This document shows positions 20,020-29,441 of a stretch of 38,438 bases of DNA, piece after piece (position 1 is the first letter of the stretch; each line of letters starts with the position of its first letter). A program made the position numbers and the translations under genes. Origin of the DNA: a virus (taxonomy: Duplodnaviria > Heunggongvirae > Uroviricota > Caudoviricetes). The notes beneath the pieces were generated by a model. The model worked only from the letters and a program-made list of their open reading frames with translations, had not been told where the DNA came from and did not search any database. Where the stretch lies: IMG/VR virus record IMGVR_UViG_2534682287_000008, positions 1-38,438 of that record; one strand, 5' to 3'.

Positions 20020-20766
20020 GCTTATTCTCTTTATTTAGTTAAACTATCTCCCTACGAGCCCATAGGGAGTGCCGGAAGCGATATCGTTCAAGTGGTGAAA
20101 AACATTACAGCAGTAGGACTTTTGTTTTATCCACTGATACCAAAAGCAGTAAAAGTTGTTAGCGATATAGCCAAAAGCAAGGGGGTTGCCATGAGGAAAT
20201 ATTCAGAAAAATTCATGAATACGGTAAAACGCTTAACCTCGAATACCGAAGAACTCACCATGGTCGATGTCGCTCTCTTCTACCTCGGGGGCTGGGTTAC
20301 GTTCCCACTCCCTATGGGCTCAAATCCATCCTAAACTCAATATAACCAATTCGTTTCTGCCTCACATATTGTGCTTTTACTCATTGTCGAGACCACTCAT
20401 TGAATGGCCTCTGCAATAACCGATGTCTTTCCATCAGTCCGCCACCACAAAGAATCTTTTTTGCCATAAGGCTGGAGGTTCATCTTTCAGTGGCTGCCAG
20501 TGTTATTTCCCCACTTACTGGCTTGGGTTGTTTCGCGGTACTGCCGTAACTGGTTGCCCAGAATAAATTCCGGTTTCATTATCAAGCCCACCCGTAGATA
20601 GGCTTTGTAATGAACTGGCTCTTATCTCAACGCAGCCCCTTACCGCGCGCCAGATGCTCAACTTCAAGCATCAGCAATGAGATGTTTAATCTGGATTCAC
20701 TCCAGAAGTGATCACCACCCTGTCTACAGAGCCAGATGTGAAGGATGATGAGTAAAATTATCGCTA

Positions 20767-21234
20767 TCATCGAAGGCATTGCGTCCTGATGTATTCCTGA
20801 AGAGTTCTCAGTGCTGTTTGGTCGCGGATAATTCCGTCCCGGACACCGAGAACGTTTCGTCCAGCAACTGGAGAGAGTTCGACGGTGGCATCATTGCCCA
20901 TGCCGGAGGCGCCGGAGGTTTCGGCTGAGGATGGCACAGGGCATTTTCCTTTGACGAGCACCCTGCCACCATTATCAAGCTTGCGACGAAGAGCATCATT
21001 TTCAGCTTTCGCATCAGCTAACTCCTTCGTGTATTTAGCATCGAGTACATCAGCAGCACGCTGGCGTTGCTGCATGTCAGTAATGGTGGCGGTCGCCTGC
21101 TTCAGCTCACTGACTTTTTTATCACGCTGTTCTTTATAGGCGATGGCGTTATCACGGTAATGATTAACAGCCCATGACAGGCAGACGATGATGCAGATAA
21201 CCAGAGCGGAGATAATCGCGGTTACTCTGCTCAT
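20767..21234 (-). CDS. Rz: Spanin inner-membrane subunit Rz
   Basis: 155 aa; N-terminal transmembrane segment then coiled coil; contains embedded Rz1 frame. Confidence 0.9.
   Translation of the reverse strand: MSRVTAIISALVICIIVCLSWAVNHYRDNAIAYKEQRDKKVSELKQATATITDMQQRQRAADVLDAKYTKELADAKAENDALRRKLDNGGRVLVKGKCPVPSSAETSGASGMGNDATVELSPVAGRNVLGVRDGIIRDQTALRTLQEYIRTQCLR
20808..21014 (-). CDS. Rz1: Spanin outer-membrane lipoprotein Rz1 (embedded in Rz)
   Basis: MRKLKMML... lipobox LIMVAGC, proline-rich; in +1 frame inside Rz. Confidence 0.85.
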   Translation of the reverse strand: MRKLKMMLFVASLIMVAGCSSKENALCHPQPKPPAPPAWAMMPPSNSLQLLDETFSVSGTELSATKQH

Positions 21235-21707
21235 ACCTCAATCTCTCTGACCGTTCCGCCAGCCTCTTTGAATTTTGCAATCAGGTTGTCAGCCTTATGC
21301 TCGAACTGACCATAACCAGCCCCCGGCAGTGAAGCCCAGATATTGCTGCAACGGTCGATAGCCTGACGGATATCACCGCGATCAATCATCGGCAAAGCGC
21401 CACGCTCCTTAATCTGCTGCAGCGCAACAGCGTCCTGGCTTTTGGGAGAGAAGTCTTTCAGGCCAAGCTGCTTACGATAGGCATCCCACCAACGGGAAAG
21501 AAGCTGATAGCGCCCGGCTGCTGTTGATTTGAGTTTTGGGTTTAGCGTGACAAGTTTGCGAGGGTGATCGGAGTAATCGGTAAATAGCTCTCCGCCTACA
21601 ATGACGTCATAACCATGATTTCTGGTTTTCTGACGTCCATTATCAGTTCCCTCTGACCACGCCAGCATATCGAGGAACGCCTTACGTTGATTATTGATTT
21701 CCACCAT
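21231..21707 (-). CDS. R: Endolysin, lambda R-type lytic transglycosylase
   Basis: 158 aa, [35 protein letters not shown] matches lambda R. Confidence 0.9.
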   Translation of the reverse strand: MVEINNQRKAFLDMLAWSEGTDNGRQKTRNHGYDVIVGGELFTDYSDHPRKLVTLNPKLKSTAAGRYQLLSRWWDAYRKQLGLKDFSPKSQDAVALQQIKERGALPMIDRGDIRQAIDRCSNIWASLPGAGYGQFEHKADNLIAKFKEAGGTVREIEV

Positions 21708-22014
21708 CTTCTACTCCGGCTTTTTTAGCAGCGAAGCGTTTGATAAGCGAACCAATCGAGTCAGTACCGATGTAGCCGATGAACACGCTCGTTATATAAG
21801 CGAGATTGCTACTTAGTCCTGCGAAGTCGAGAAGGTCACGAATGAACCAGGCGATAATGGCGCACATCGTTGCGTCGATTACTGTTTTTGTAAACGCACC
21901 GCCATTATATCTGCCGCGAAGGTACGCCATTGCAAACGCAAGGATTGCCCCGATGCCTTGTTCCTTTGCCGCGAGAATGGCGGCTAACAGGTCATGTTTT
22001 TCTGGCATCTTCAT
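21691..22014 (-). CDS. S: Holin / antiholin, lambda S-type with dual start (Met1-Lys2-Met3)
   Basis: 107 aa, [43 protein letters not shown] matches lambda S. Confidence 0.9.
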   Translation of the reverse strand: MKMPEKHDLLAAILAAKEQGIGAILAFAMAYLRGRYNGGAFTKTVIDATMCAIIAWFIRDLLDFAGLSSNLAYITSVFIGYIGTDSIGSLIKRFAAKKAGVEDGGNQ

Positions 22015-22132
22015 GTCTTACCCCCAATAAGGGGATTTGCTCTATTTAATTAGGAATAAGGTCGATTACTGATAGAACAAATCCAGGCTACTGTGTTTAG
22101 TAATCAGATTTGTTCGTGACCGATATGCACGG

Positions 22133-22169
22133 GCAAAACGGCAGGAGGTTGTTAGCGCAACCTCATGCC
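22133..22169 (-). terminator. Terminator-like hairpin in late leader upstream of S
   Basis: GGCATGAGGTT-gcgctaa-CAACCTCCTGCC followed by GTTTTG on the minus strand. Confidence 0.45.
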
Positions 22170-22305
22170 ACCCGCTTTCACGAAGCCAGCCATTGCGCTG
22201 GTTTTCTTTTATGCAAAGCACACCGCACCGTAGCCACAGCGGATAAGGTGATTATTTTTGTCTGTCTGGTATTTGGTTTGATGCGCTTTCAGAAAGGTCG
22301 TGCTT

Positions 22306-22340
22306 AAAACGCAAAAAGCCCCGAGCTATTAACTCAGGGC
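22306..22340 (-). terminator. Rho-independent terminator just downstream of late promoter (tR'-like)
   Basis: GCCCTGAG-ttaatag-CTCGGGGC followed by TTTTTGCGTTTT on the minus strand. Confidence 0.6.
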
Positions 22341-22376
22341 TTTATTTAACGAGTGCATTTATCCATCGTTGAGTCA

Positions 22377-22405
22377 AATTTACCCAACTTTATTCAAAAA
22401 GTCAA
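22377..22405 (-). promoter_or_regulatory. Late promoter pR' with Q-utilisation region
   Basis: TTGACT - 17 nt - TAAATT followed by TTGACTCAACGATGG, the lambda pR' arrangement. Confidence 0.6.
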
Positions 22406-22447
22406 TATTATGCCGTTAATATGTTGCCATCCGTGGCAATCATGCTG

Positions 22448-23071
22448 CTAACGTGTGACCGCATTCAAAATGTTGTCTGCGATTGACTCTTCTTTGTGGC
22501 ATTGCACCACCAGAGCGTCATACAGCGGCTTAACAGTGCGTGACCAGGTGGGTTGAGTAAGGTTTGGGATTAGCATCGTTACAGCGCGATATGCGGCGCT
22601 TGCTGGCATTCTTGAATAGCCGACACCTTTGCATCTTCCGCACTCTTTCTCAACAACTCTCCCCCACTGCTCCGTTTTGGCTATATCAACCGCCCGACCT
22701 GTACCGTGGCAATCTCTGCATCTTGCGCCCGGCGTCGCGGCACTACGGCAATAATCCGCATAAGCGAATGTTGCGAGCACTTGCAGTACCTTTGCCTTAG
22801 TATTTCCTTCAAGCTTTGCCACACCACGGTATTTCCCCGATACCTTGTGTGCAAATTGCATCAGATAGTTGATAGCCTTTTGTTTGTCGTTCTGGCTGAG
22901 TTCGTGCTTACCGCAGAATGCAGCCATACCGAATCCGGCTTGTGATTGCGCCATCCCCATAGCAGCCATCACATCAGTACCGGAAAGAGAGTCAGAAGCC
23001 GTGGCCCGTGGTGAGTCGCTCATCATCGGGCTTTTTGGCGAGTGAAATTTAGCTACGCTTTCGAGTCTCAT
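22448..23071 (-). CDS. Q: Late antiterminator Q (lambda-type)
   Basis: 207 aa, MRLESVAKFHSPKSPMMSDSPRATASDSLSGTDVMAAMGMAQSQ matches lambda Q. Confidence 0.9.
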   Translation of the reverse strand: MRLESVAKFHSPKSPMMSDSPRATASDSLSGTDVMAAMGMAQSQAGFGMAAFCGKHELSQNDKQKAINYLMQFAHKVSGKYRGVAKLEGNTKAKVLQVLATFAYADYCRSAATPGARCRDCHGTGRAVDIAKTEQWGRVVEKECGRCKGVGYSRMPASAAYRAVTMLIPNLTQPTWSRTVKPLYDALVVQCHKEESIADNILNAVTR

Positions 23072-23256
23072 GGTCTTCCCCTCTTGCCCTGTTTGACCAT
23101 CAGGACGCCGTTAACTATTACGTGACGCTCGCCTTTGCTGTCTCGGTTGTACTTGAGCACTGTTCCTCTTGCGCAGGAAAGCATCCTCGCCACTTCGGTC
23201 TGATTGCCTCGTGTCTGGATAAGAAGCTCTGGTATCGTTTGAATTATGGCGTTCAT
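23068..23256 (-). CDS. ninH: NinH-like small DNA-binding protein
   Basis: 62 aa; GNQTEVARMLSCARGTVLKY resembles lambda NinH. Confidence 0.65.
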   Translation of the reverse strand: MNAIIQTIPELLIQTRGNQTEVARMLSCARGTVLKYNRDSKGERHVIVNGVLMVKQGKRGRP

Positions 23257-23615
23257 GCGTTCTCCAGTTCGGTGATTTTTATTCCAAGCCTTCCGCCTGG
23301 TACTTTCACGCCACGAATTACGCGAATGTCATCGAATTGCTCGTCGTCTTCCGCAAATCCAGCGTGGATAAGGGAGTCGAGTAAACCTTTCAGGATGTTG
23401 TCGAGGTCGCGGCGGCGGGAGTCTGGAACGTCTGCGATGACTTTGATACGGAGTCGTGATTTGGTGAAAATGTCTAACTTGAGTTGGCGGATGATTTTCT
23501 GAACGTCTTTTCTGTATTTCTGGCCTTTATCGCTAATGTAATATTGGCTTCCTCGTCTTCGCCAGTAGGTATTCACCGACGGTGGGTATGGAAGCACAAA
23601 CTGATATTCGTTCAT
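23253..23615 (-). CDS. rusA: Holliday-junction resolvase RusA
   Basis: 120 aa; LPYPPSVNTYW and RRRDLDN motifs. Confidence 0.85.
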   Translation of the reverse strand: MNEYQFVLPYPPSVNTYWRRRGSQYYISDKGQKYRKDVQKIIRQLKLDIFTKSRLRIKVIADVPDSRRRDLDNILKGLLDSLIHAGFAEDDEQFDDIRVIRGVKVPGGRLGIKITELENA

Positions 23616-23902
23616 GACTTAATCTTCCCCTCCTTCAGCAGTATCGCCTGCGTCCTGATCACGCCTTCGAGGTGGTAAAGTCTGGCGTCTTTGTTGTCGA
23701 GGTTATGGGTGCGTCGGTCGATTTCATCGTGACACGCGCTACAAGCCCATGCTCCGATCAGGTCGTCAGGTTTCATTCCCGTTCCGCAAATTCCAGCCAT
23801 CCGGTAATGTGCCAGAACTGTAGTTTCAGGATTACCATTGCATACGCCGTAAATACGTACCTGGCATTCTCTTCCGCGCGCTTCTTTGCGTAGGTTAGCC
23901 AT
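23612..23902 (-). CDS. Cys-rich DUF1364-family protein (YbcO-like)
   Basis: 96 aa; C13, C21, C39, C54, C57; position upstream of rusA as in DLP12-type nin regions. Confidence 0.55.
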   Translation of the reverse strand: MANLRKEARGRECQVRIYGVCNGNPETTVLAHYRMAGICGTGMKPDDLIGAWACSACHDEIDRRTHNLDNKDARLYHLEGVIRTQAILLKEGKIKS

Positions 23903-24107
23903 TTACCTTCCCTCGCAATTGAAGAATTGACTGAAGGTCTTTTTTAATAAATATGCGAGTGCGAATTGAGCAGTAGTTTTCCTTCATTCTGGCGTAGTAA
24001 TAGTCCTTTCGTTGTTTAAGCTTGTTGGCATCCGCTGTCATCCAGTCTTTTACAGCAAACTTAATTAACCAGCGGTGGCAGAGATACCATTTCAGGTAAT
24101 CATTCAT
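23895..24107 (-). CDS. Hypothetical protein
   Basis: 70 aa; start overlaps NinF stop (ATGA). Confidence 0.35.
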   Translation of the reverse strand: MNDYLKWYLCHRWLIKFAVKDWMTADANKLKQRKDYYYARMKENYCSIRTRIFIKKDLQSILQLRGKVNG

Positions 24108-24276
24108 CGTCTTCTTCCTCGTACATTGAGCTATTCGGATCGCTCATCAGTTCTGCGCAGCAGTGCTCACACACGTGAACTTCCAGCACATGCAGCTTCT
24201 GGCCGCAGTTAGCGCACGTTAAAGCTCGCTCGACGCTTTCTTTCTGGTATTGAAGGGATTGGGATGGGCTAAGCAT
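24100..24276 (-). CDS. ninF: NinF-like protein
   Basis: [44 protein letters not shown] matches lambda NinF. Confidence 0.7.
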   Translation of the reverse strand: MLSPSQSLQYQKESVERALTCANCGQKLHVLEVHVCEHCCAELMSDPNSSMYEEEDDE

Positions 24277-24676
24277 GGCTTTCACCATTAAAAAGTCGCT
24301 TGTAAGCATCAATGTCTCGTTTTGCTTCACCAAGCTTTCGTCTTAATTCCATGTTTTCTGATTCAAGCTTTTCCATGTCTTGTTGGTATCGATCGCGGTG
24401 TTCTTTCCATGCTTTTTGATACGCCTTCATGTATGTCATGTTGGCCTTTCTCTTTGCCTGACGAACTGCGTGGTGGTTTTTCACAAACCAGTCAGGGTCG
24501 TTAAATGCTGCTCTGGCGCATGTATACCAATAATTTGTTGCCTCCCTGTTTAGCCAATAAATACTGATAAATGGCAACCGGATAGACACCATTTTTCGTT
24601 GTGACTCTTTCTCGCCAAACATGTGGCCTTTTTTGATGCTAAGTCCAAATCCAGGTTGAATTAAAAGCATTGTCAT
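24269..24676 (-). CDS. Hypothetical protein with C-terminal coiled coil
   Basis: 135 aa from ATG at 24674-24676 overlapping NinE stop; GAGGAA Shine-Dalgarno; ORF track start is an upstream GTG. Confidence 0.5.
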   Translation of the reverse strand: MTMLLIQPGFGLSIKKGHMFGEKESQRKMVSIRLPFISIYWLNREATNYWYTCARAAFNDPDWFVKNHHAVRQAKRKANMTYMKAYQKAWKEHRDRYQQDMEKLESENMELRRKLGEAKRDIDAYKRLFNGESHA

Positions 24677-24849
24677 TTCCTCGCACGATGTCTTAGCCAC
24701 CGGATATCCCACAGGTGAGCCGTGTAGTTGAAGGTTTTTACGTCAGATTCTTTTGGGATTGGCTTGCGTTTATTTCTGGAGCGTTTCGTTGGAAGGTATT
24801 TGCAGTTTTCGCAGATTATGTCGGTGATGCTTCGTCGCTGTCGTCTCAT
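24673..24849 (-). CDS. ninE: NinE-like protein
   Basis: [40 protein letters not shown] matches lambda NinE. Confidence 0.7.
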   Translation of the reverse strand: MRRQRRSITDIICENCKYLPTKRSRNKRKPIPKESDVKTFNYTAHLWDIRWLRHRARK

Positions 24850-25286
24850 GCCGCCCTGTCTCCCCATCTTGCTTTCCACTCCAGAGCCAGTCGAGCTTCG
24901 TCTGACCACTTAACGCCACGCTCTGTACCGAATGCCTGTATAAGCTCTAATAGCTCCGCAAATTCGCCTACACGCATCCTGCTGGTTGACTGGCCTATTA
25001 CCACAAAGCCATTCCCGGCAAGGTTAGGAACAACGTCCTGCTGCTTTAAGGCTGCGGTAAACACACACTTCCAGCTTTCTGCATCCAGCCAGCGACCATG
25101 CCATTCAACCTGACGAGAGACGTCACCTAAGCAGGCCCATAGCTTCCTGTTTTGGTCTAAGCTGCGGTTGCGTTCCTGAATGGTTACTACGATTGGTTTG
25201 GTTGGGTCTGGAAGGATTTGCTGTACTGCGTGAATAGCGTTTTGCTGATGTGCTGGAGATCGAATTTCAAAGGTTAGTTTTTTCAT
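24846..25286 (-). CDS. ninB: NinB (Orf-family recombination mediator)
   Basis: [46 protein letters not shown] matches lambda NinB. Confidence 0.85.
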   Translation of the reverse strand: MKKLTFEIRSPAHQQNAIHAVQQILPDPTKPIVVTIQERNRSLDQNRKLWACLGDVSRQVEWHGRWLDAESWKCVFTAALKQQDVVPNLAGNGFVVIGQSTSRMRVGEFAELLELIQAFGTERGVKWSDEARLALEWKARWGDRAA

Positions 25287-25362
25287 GACTTCCCTCTCCC
25301 CCAAATAAAAAGGCCTGCGATTACCAGCAGGCCTGTTATTAGCTCAGTGATGTAGATGGTCA

Positions 25363-26799
25363 TCAGAATCCTCCTTTCTTCTTGGATTGCGGTTCCTCGC
25401 GTTCACGGCGGCGCATTTCAGCGGACTGTTGGTCTGTGTCATAAATAGCGCCATTTGCCTGAATGCAATACACCGTGCCGGTATTGCCATGACGATTGAG
25501 ACGAAGGATTAGTTCAGTTTCACCATGTGGAACACTGTCATCAAAAGCGCCTTCACGATGGATCCCGACCCAATAATCGCAATCCTGTTCAATCTGCCCT
25601 GTATCTCGTGAGTCACTTGGTAATGGGCGTTTATTGGTTCGGCTTTCCAGTGCGCGGTTAAGCTGCGTCAGAAGCACAACAACGCAATCAAGCTCTTTGG
25701 CAAGGTTCTTCAGTCCTTTGGTGATCATGCCGTAAGCAAGGTCGTTGCGATCGGCCTTCTCAGCGGTCATTAGTGTCAGGTAATCGACCAGAATCATGCC
25801 AACACATCCTTTTTCTCGCTTGATTCGACGGCTTTCGCTGACGATTTGAGCCAGAGATAATCCCGGCGTGTCGTCGATGTAAAGCATGTCGATTTCACTC
25901 AAGCGATTAGCTGTTTCGATCGCCCTGTTGAAGTCACCATCGTAATCACCCTGATAGCCGTCATCAGCGTCATTTGTCGCCGGAAGGTAAAAAATATTCG
26001 GGTTAACACCAGACTTCTGCCCTACCAGTTTTTCCAGTATCTGATCACCTGGCATTTCAAGGCTGAACATCAAAGCGGGCTTTTTCTCATGCACTGCGCA
26101 ATTGATTGCCATCTGGCTGTATAGCGTCGTTTTCCCCATCTTAGGGCGAGCGCCAATGACAAACAGAGAGCCTTTCACCAGACCTTTCGGTGACAGCATC
26201 CTGTCCAGCGATGGGATCCCTGTGCTCATTCCCCGTTGTTCGCCTGATGGGTCAAATCGCTTCTCAAGGTCGCTAACCCAGTCTTCCATGACCTCACCAA
26301 ATGAACGAAGGCCGCGACGCGATCCGGTTTTTGCATGGTCTGTCAGTTGCGTGAAAATCGACTGAATAGCTTCGTACTTCTGCGTTGCAGTCATTCCGTT
26401 GCGGGAATAGAGCAATTCCGTCGCTTCAGTCATGCGGTTGATGGCGTAGCGTTCCATTGCGGTTTCGCGAACCTGCATTGCATAAGCAACGATGTTTGCT
26501 GCGCTTGGCGTGTTCTTTGCGATCTCAGCGATATAAGCAAAACCGCCAACAGACGCCGTTAACGATTTACGCTCCAGTTCATCGAAAAGCGTCAGGCCAT
26601 CTACTGGCTTTTGCTCACGGTGCATTCTGGTTATTTCTTCGAAAATGATTTTGTGTGGCCGGCTGTAAAATGAATCAGGCTTCAGCATCGCCAGAACCTT
26701 CTGGACGCGCTCACTGCTGTCATCATCCAGAAGCAATCCACCAATCACCGCCTGCTCTGCCTCGATGCTATGGGGCGGCGCATAAAAATTATCGGTCAT
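25363..26799 (-). CDS. Replicative DNA helicase, DnaB family (P22 gene 12-like)
   Basis: Walker A GARPKMGKT; DnaB-like N-terminus MTDNFYAPPHSIEAEQAVIGGLLL; ORF track start is a GTG five codons upstream. Confidence 0.9.
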   Translation of the reverse strand: MTDNFYAPPHSIEAEQAVIGGLLLDDDSSERVQKVLAMLKPDSFYSRPHKIIFEEITRMHREQKPVDGLTLFDELERKSLTASVGGFAYIAEIAKNTPSAANIVAYAMQVRETAMERYAINRMTEATELLYSRNGMTATQKYEAIQSIFTQLTDHAKTGSRRGLRSFGEVMEDWVSDLEKRFDPSGEQRGMSTGIPSLDRMLSPKGLVKGSLFVIGARPKMGKTTLYSQMAINCAVHEKKPALMFSLEMPGDQILEKLVGQKSGVNPNIFYLPATNDADDGYQGDYDGDFNRAIETANRLSEIDMLYIDDTPGLSLAQIVSESRRIKREKGCVGMILVDYLTLMTAEKADRNDLAYGMITKGLKNLAKELDCVVVLLTQLNRALESRTNKRPLPSDSRDTGQIEQDCDYWVGIHREGAFDDSVPHGETELILRLNRHGNTGTVYCIQANGAIYDTDQQSAEMRRREREEPQSKKKGGF

Positions 26800-27679
26800 C
26801 GTGTTCACCCTCACGAACTTTCAGGTAGGTATTATCGTTAAGCAGGAAATCAAATCCCTTTTTGTGCCAGACGGTTCCGCGTTGATGGTTTGGACGCTCT
26901 TCGAACATCCATCGGCAATTTTCGCCTACGTAGCTCAAATAATTTCTCCAGTCCTGCATCGTGAACCCATGCCCGTCAAGCTGGCGGGTTATCACTCCGG
27001 CTTTGCGCCAGAACGTTCGGATCTGGTTTTTACGCTTGTCATTCAGTGCGCGGATTCTTGGCGCTTCAGGAAGGATTTCGTGGTAAGCATCGACAACATC
27101 CTGACAGCTAACGGAAGGTTTTTTCTTGTCAGACTTTTTGTCTGCTGTAGCACTCTCTAATACGTCAGTATTAGAGATATTATTTATATTATTGTTTATG
27201 GACAACCGTTGGACAACCGTTGGACAATCTCCGCTGAGAGCCGCACCATTACTGGTGTTTGCGTTGGACAACTGTTGGACAACCGTTGGACAATTTTTTG
27301 CCTGAAAATCGTCATATTTAACGATTGTAAACAGGCTAAATTTCTTCCCCATCGAGCAAATATTAAGCATACCTTTCGACTCAAAAGTCCGTAATAAGCT
27401 CCGAACTTTGTTGTCGGGGATGAATGTTTCTCTGACCAGCGACGGGCGTCCAGTTATCATCTGACCGCGATCAACAGTTATCGGACCGATATCCGTATTG
27501 ACGACAGTAGATTCGTGATTAGCCTTGAGGATTAAGTGAAGCCAAAGATGTACTGCCTGAGAGTCCTTATAGAGCCTGCTGTCCATAAACTGGCGGTGTA
27601 TAGAGACATACCCCATACTGGATGCCTCCTGATGTTGTACAGGGTTATGCCTGTAATCAGCTAACTTAACGACGCCCAT
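26789..27679 (-). CDS. Replication initiation protein (lambda O / P22 gene 18-like); alternative start at 27616
   Basis: Contains origin iterons inside the coding region with matching peptide repeats CPTVVQQLSN / CPTVVQRLSI; immediately upstream of helicase. Confidence 0.75.
   Translation of the reverse strand: MGVVKLADYRHNPVQHQEASSMGYVSIHRQFMDSRLYKDSQAVHLWLHLILKANHESTVVNTDIGPITVDRGQMITGRPSLVRETFIPDNKVRSLLRTFESKGMLNICSMGKKFSLFTIVKYDDFQAKNCPTVVQQLSNANTSNGAALSGDCPTVVQRLSINNNINNISNTDVLESATADKKSDKKKPSVSCQDVVDAYHEILPEAPRIRALNDKRKNQIRTFWRKAGVITRQLDGHGFTMQDWRNYLSYVGENCRWMFEERPNHQRGTVWHKKGFDFLLNDNTYLKVREGEHDDR
27199..27297. repeat. Origin of replication iterons TGGACAAC(C/T)GT, two clusters, adjacent AT-rich tract (about 27165-27198)
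   Basis: Direct repeats at 27199, 27210, 27265, 27276 plus partial copies at 27221 and 27287. Confidence 0.7.
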
Positions 27680-27827
27680 GTTTCACTCCTGCTTTGGCTA
27701 GTCTGTAAACACCAACAAGGCGCTCTGCGAACGCCCTGTTATTTGCTGCGGCTACCACTAATCCCTCAGGTGAATCAGGGTGTCGAATCTCTTCTTTTTC
27801 CTGGTATTTCTTACGACGTTTTGTCAT
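27666..27827 (-). CDS. Small basic hypothetical protein between cII and replication gene
   Basis: 53 aa read by hand (MTKRRKKYQEKEE...); GGAG 7 nt upstream of ATG; absent from ORF track. Confidence 0.3.
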   Translation of the reverse strand: MTKRRKKYQEKEEIRHPDSPEGLVVAAANNRAFAERLVGVYRLAKAGVKHGRR

Positions 27828-27861
27828 AATAACTCCTGTGGATTGATCCAGTCTTTCTACA

Positions 27862-28143
27862 TCAGGCCTCGAAGAATTCGCCGTTCTTCGGGGCTTTTTC
27901 TTTTGTCAGGTAATCGGCAAGCCGCTTAGTCAATTCAGCCATTTCATCGTCTTCGATTCCGTATTCCAGAACAGCCAGCATCATGCTTACCTGCGAGAAG
28001 AAACCATTCTTCCATCGGCTTACCTGATATTCAGGAACCCCCATTGCTCGAGCGAATGTCTTCTGCCCCATCAGTGCCAGTTTGTTCAGCAAGGCCGACT
28101 CGATGCGAGCCGCTTTCTTGCTTTTAGTTGCAATAGTACCCAT
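27862..28143 (-). CDS. cII: CII-like transcriptional activator
   Basis: RIESALLNKLALMGQKTFARAMGVPEYQVSRWK resembles lambda CII. Confidence 0.85.
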   Translation of the reverse strand: MGTIATKSKKAARIESALLNKLALMGQKTFARAMGVPEYQVSRWKNGFFSQVSMMLAVLEYGIEDDEMAELTKRLADYLTKEKAPKNGEFFEA

Positions 28144-28219
28144 AGATAATTTCCTTAATGATTAGATAGAGTTGGCTTCGCAAAGAAACGCAAAACCATA
28201 GAGATTTGTTTCTGGTAAT

Positions 28220-28251
28220 GCCCTTTTTCAGGGCGGTGATGTGTAAGAGCG
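28220..28251 (-). promoter_or_regulatory. nutR (boxA CGCTCTTA + boxB GCCCTGAAAAAGGGC)
   Basis: Minus-strand CGCTCTTAcacatcaccGCCCTGAAAAAGGGC between cro and cII. Confidence 0.75.
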
Positions 28252-28259
28252 GGAATGTC

Positions 28260-28475
28260 TTAAGCGGCTTTGTGTTCCGGCGGGAACACGTCATCAAGAC
28301 TGACTTTTGCGCCTAACTTGTTTAGGCACTCAACAAGAGCACGGCATGTTTTAAGGTCTGGGAAGCGACGACCAGATTCCCAATGTCCGATAGCTCCCTG
28401 TGTGCATCCAACTGCCTTAGCAAGTGTTGTTTGAGAGATATTCAGTGACTCTCGATATTTTCGTAGGTTGCTCAT
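28260..28475 (-). CDS. cro: Cro-like repressor (HTH)
   Basis: 71 aa from MSNLRKY; [26 protein letters not shown]; GGAGGG upstream. Confidence 0.8.
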   Translation of the reverse strand: MSNLRKYRESLNISQTTLAKAVGCTQGAIGHWESGRRFPDLKTCRALVECLNKLGAKVSLDDVFPPEHKAA

Positions 28476-28501
28476 ATGCCCTCCATAGTAACCATGAAAC
28501 A

Positions 28502-28530
28502 ATAATACGATATGTACTTTTAGAATGCAA
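28502..28530 (-). promoter_or_regulatory. pR promoter with operator in spacer
   Basis: TTGCAT - 17 nt - TATTAT on minus strand; spacer contains AAAGTACATATCGTATT. Confidence 0.6.
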
Positions 28531-28588
28531 GCAAAAAAAATACATCTTGTGCATGGATGGTTTTAGTACAGAGCGTAATAATAAGGGT

Positions 28589-29248
28589 ATGAAAATGAAA
28601 TGGTATGAACTGGCTAGATCCAGAATGAAAGAGCTCGGCATAACTCAAGAGAAGTTAGCTGAAGAGCTTGGTATGACGCAGGGTGGAATTGGTCACTGGT
28701 TGCGCGGATCTCGTCATCCATCTCTTGACGAGATTGGTGTGGTGTTTAAATACCTTGGTATTGATAACGTCTCATTCAACCACGACGGTACATTTTCACC
28801 TGTTGGCGAATACTCATCTGCCCCCGTTAAAAAACAATATGAGTACCCTGTTTTTTCTCATGTTCAGGCCGGGATGTTCTCGCCTGAGCTTAGAACCTTT
28901 ACCAAAGGTGATGCGGAGAGATGGGTCAGCACAACCAAAAAAGCCAGTGATTGTGCGTTCTGGCTTGAAGTTGAAGGTAATTCCATGACCGCACCAACAG
29001 GATCCAAGCCAAGCTTTCCTGACGGGATGTTAATTCTCGTTGACCCTGAGCAGGCTGTTGAGCCAGGTGATTTCTGCATAGCCAGACTTGGTGGTGACGA
29101 GTTTACCTTCAAGAAACTGATCAGGGATAGCGGTCAGGTGTTCCTACAACCACTAAACCCGCAATATCCAATGATCCCATGCAATGATAGCTGTTCCGTT
29201 GTAGGGAAAGTTATCGCCAGCCAGTGGCCTGAAGAGACATTTAGTTAA
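28589..29248 (+). CDS. cI: CI-type prophage repressor (HTH + LexA-like S24 peptidase domain); start at 28589 or 28595
   Basis: [24 protein letters not shown]; C-terminal GNSM...K autocleavage-type domain. Confidence 0.85.
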   Translation: MKMKWYELARSRMKELGITQEKLAEELGMTQGGIGHWLRGSRHPSLDEIGVVFKYLGIDNVSFNHDGTFSPVGEYSSAPVKKQYEYPVFSHVQAGMFSPELRTFTKGDAERWVSTTKKASDCAFWLEVEGNSMTAPTGSKPSFPDGMLILVDPEQAVEPGDFCIARLGGDEFTFKKLIRDSGQVFLQPLNPQYPMIPCNDSCSVVGKVIASQWPEETFS

Positions 29249-29280
29249 CAACCTCACCACTCTAAAGCACACAACAATAA

Positions 29281-29308
29281 CCCGACCTTAGTGTCGGGTT
29301 TTCTTTTT
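29281..29308 (+). terminator. Rho-independent terminator after cI
   Basis: CCCGAC-cttagt-GTCGGG followed by TTTTCTTTTT. Confidence 0.65.
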
Positions 29309-29373
29309 CCAAAATATAAACCCATTAAATACAAAGCGTTATAAAAAACCAACTATATTTAGAACATTTTGTA

Positions 29374-29402
29374 TTGACTCGATAAAGTACAAATCGTACT
29401 AT
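29374..29402 (+). promoter_or_regulatory. pL promoter with operator in spacer
   Basis: TTGACT - 17 nt - TACTAT; spacer contains AAAGTACAAATCGTACT. Confidence 0.6.
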
Positions 29403-29441
29403 TTAGCCATCAGCAGGACGCACTGACCACCATGAAGGTGA

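Noticed and set aside
19957-20334. 125-aa plus-strand ORF
   Set aside because: Its first half is antisense to the terS duplicate fragment and has no start context; only a short 3' portion (about 47 aa from 20191, with AAGGGGG upstream) might be real, and that is too weak to call
22110-22307. 65-aa plus-strand ORF in the Q-S intergenic region
   Set aside because: Lies across late-leader hairpins and promoter elements on the opposite strand; no Shine-Dalgarno
27199-27297. Direct repeats considered as a possible CRISPR array
   Set aside because: Repeats are 11 bp, not separated by uniform spacers, and lie inside the replication initiator gene; they are origin iterons
28144-28259. Short hairpin GCCCTttttcAGGGC considered as an intrinsic terminator between cro and cII
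   Set aside because: It is the boxB stem-loop of nutR, not followed by a U-tract
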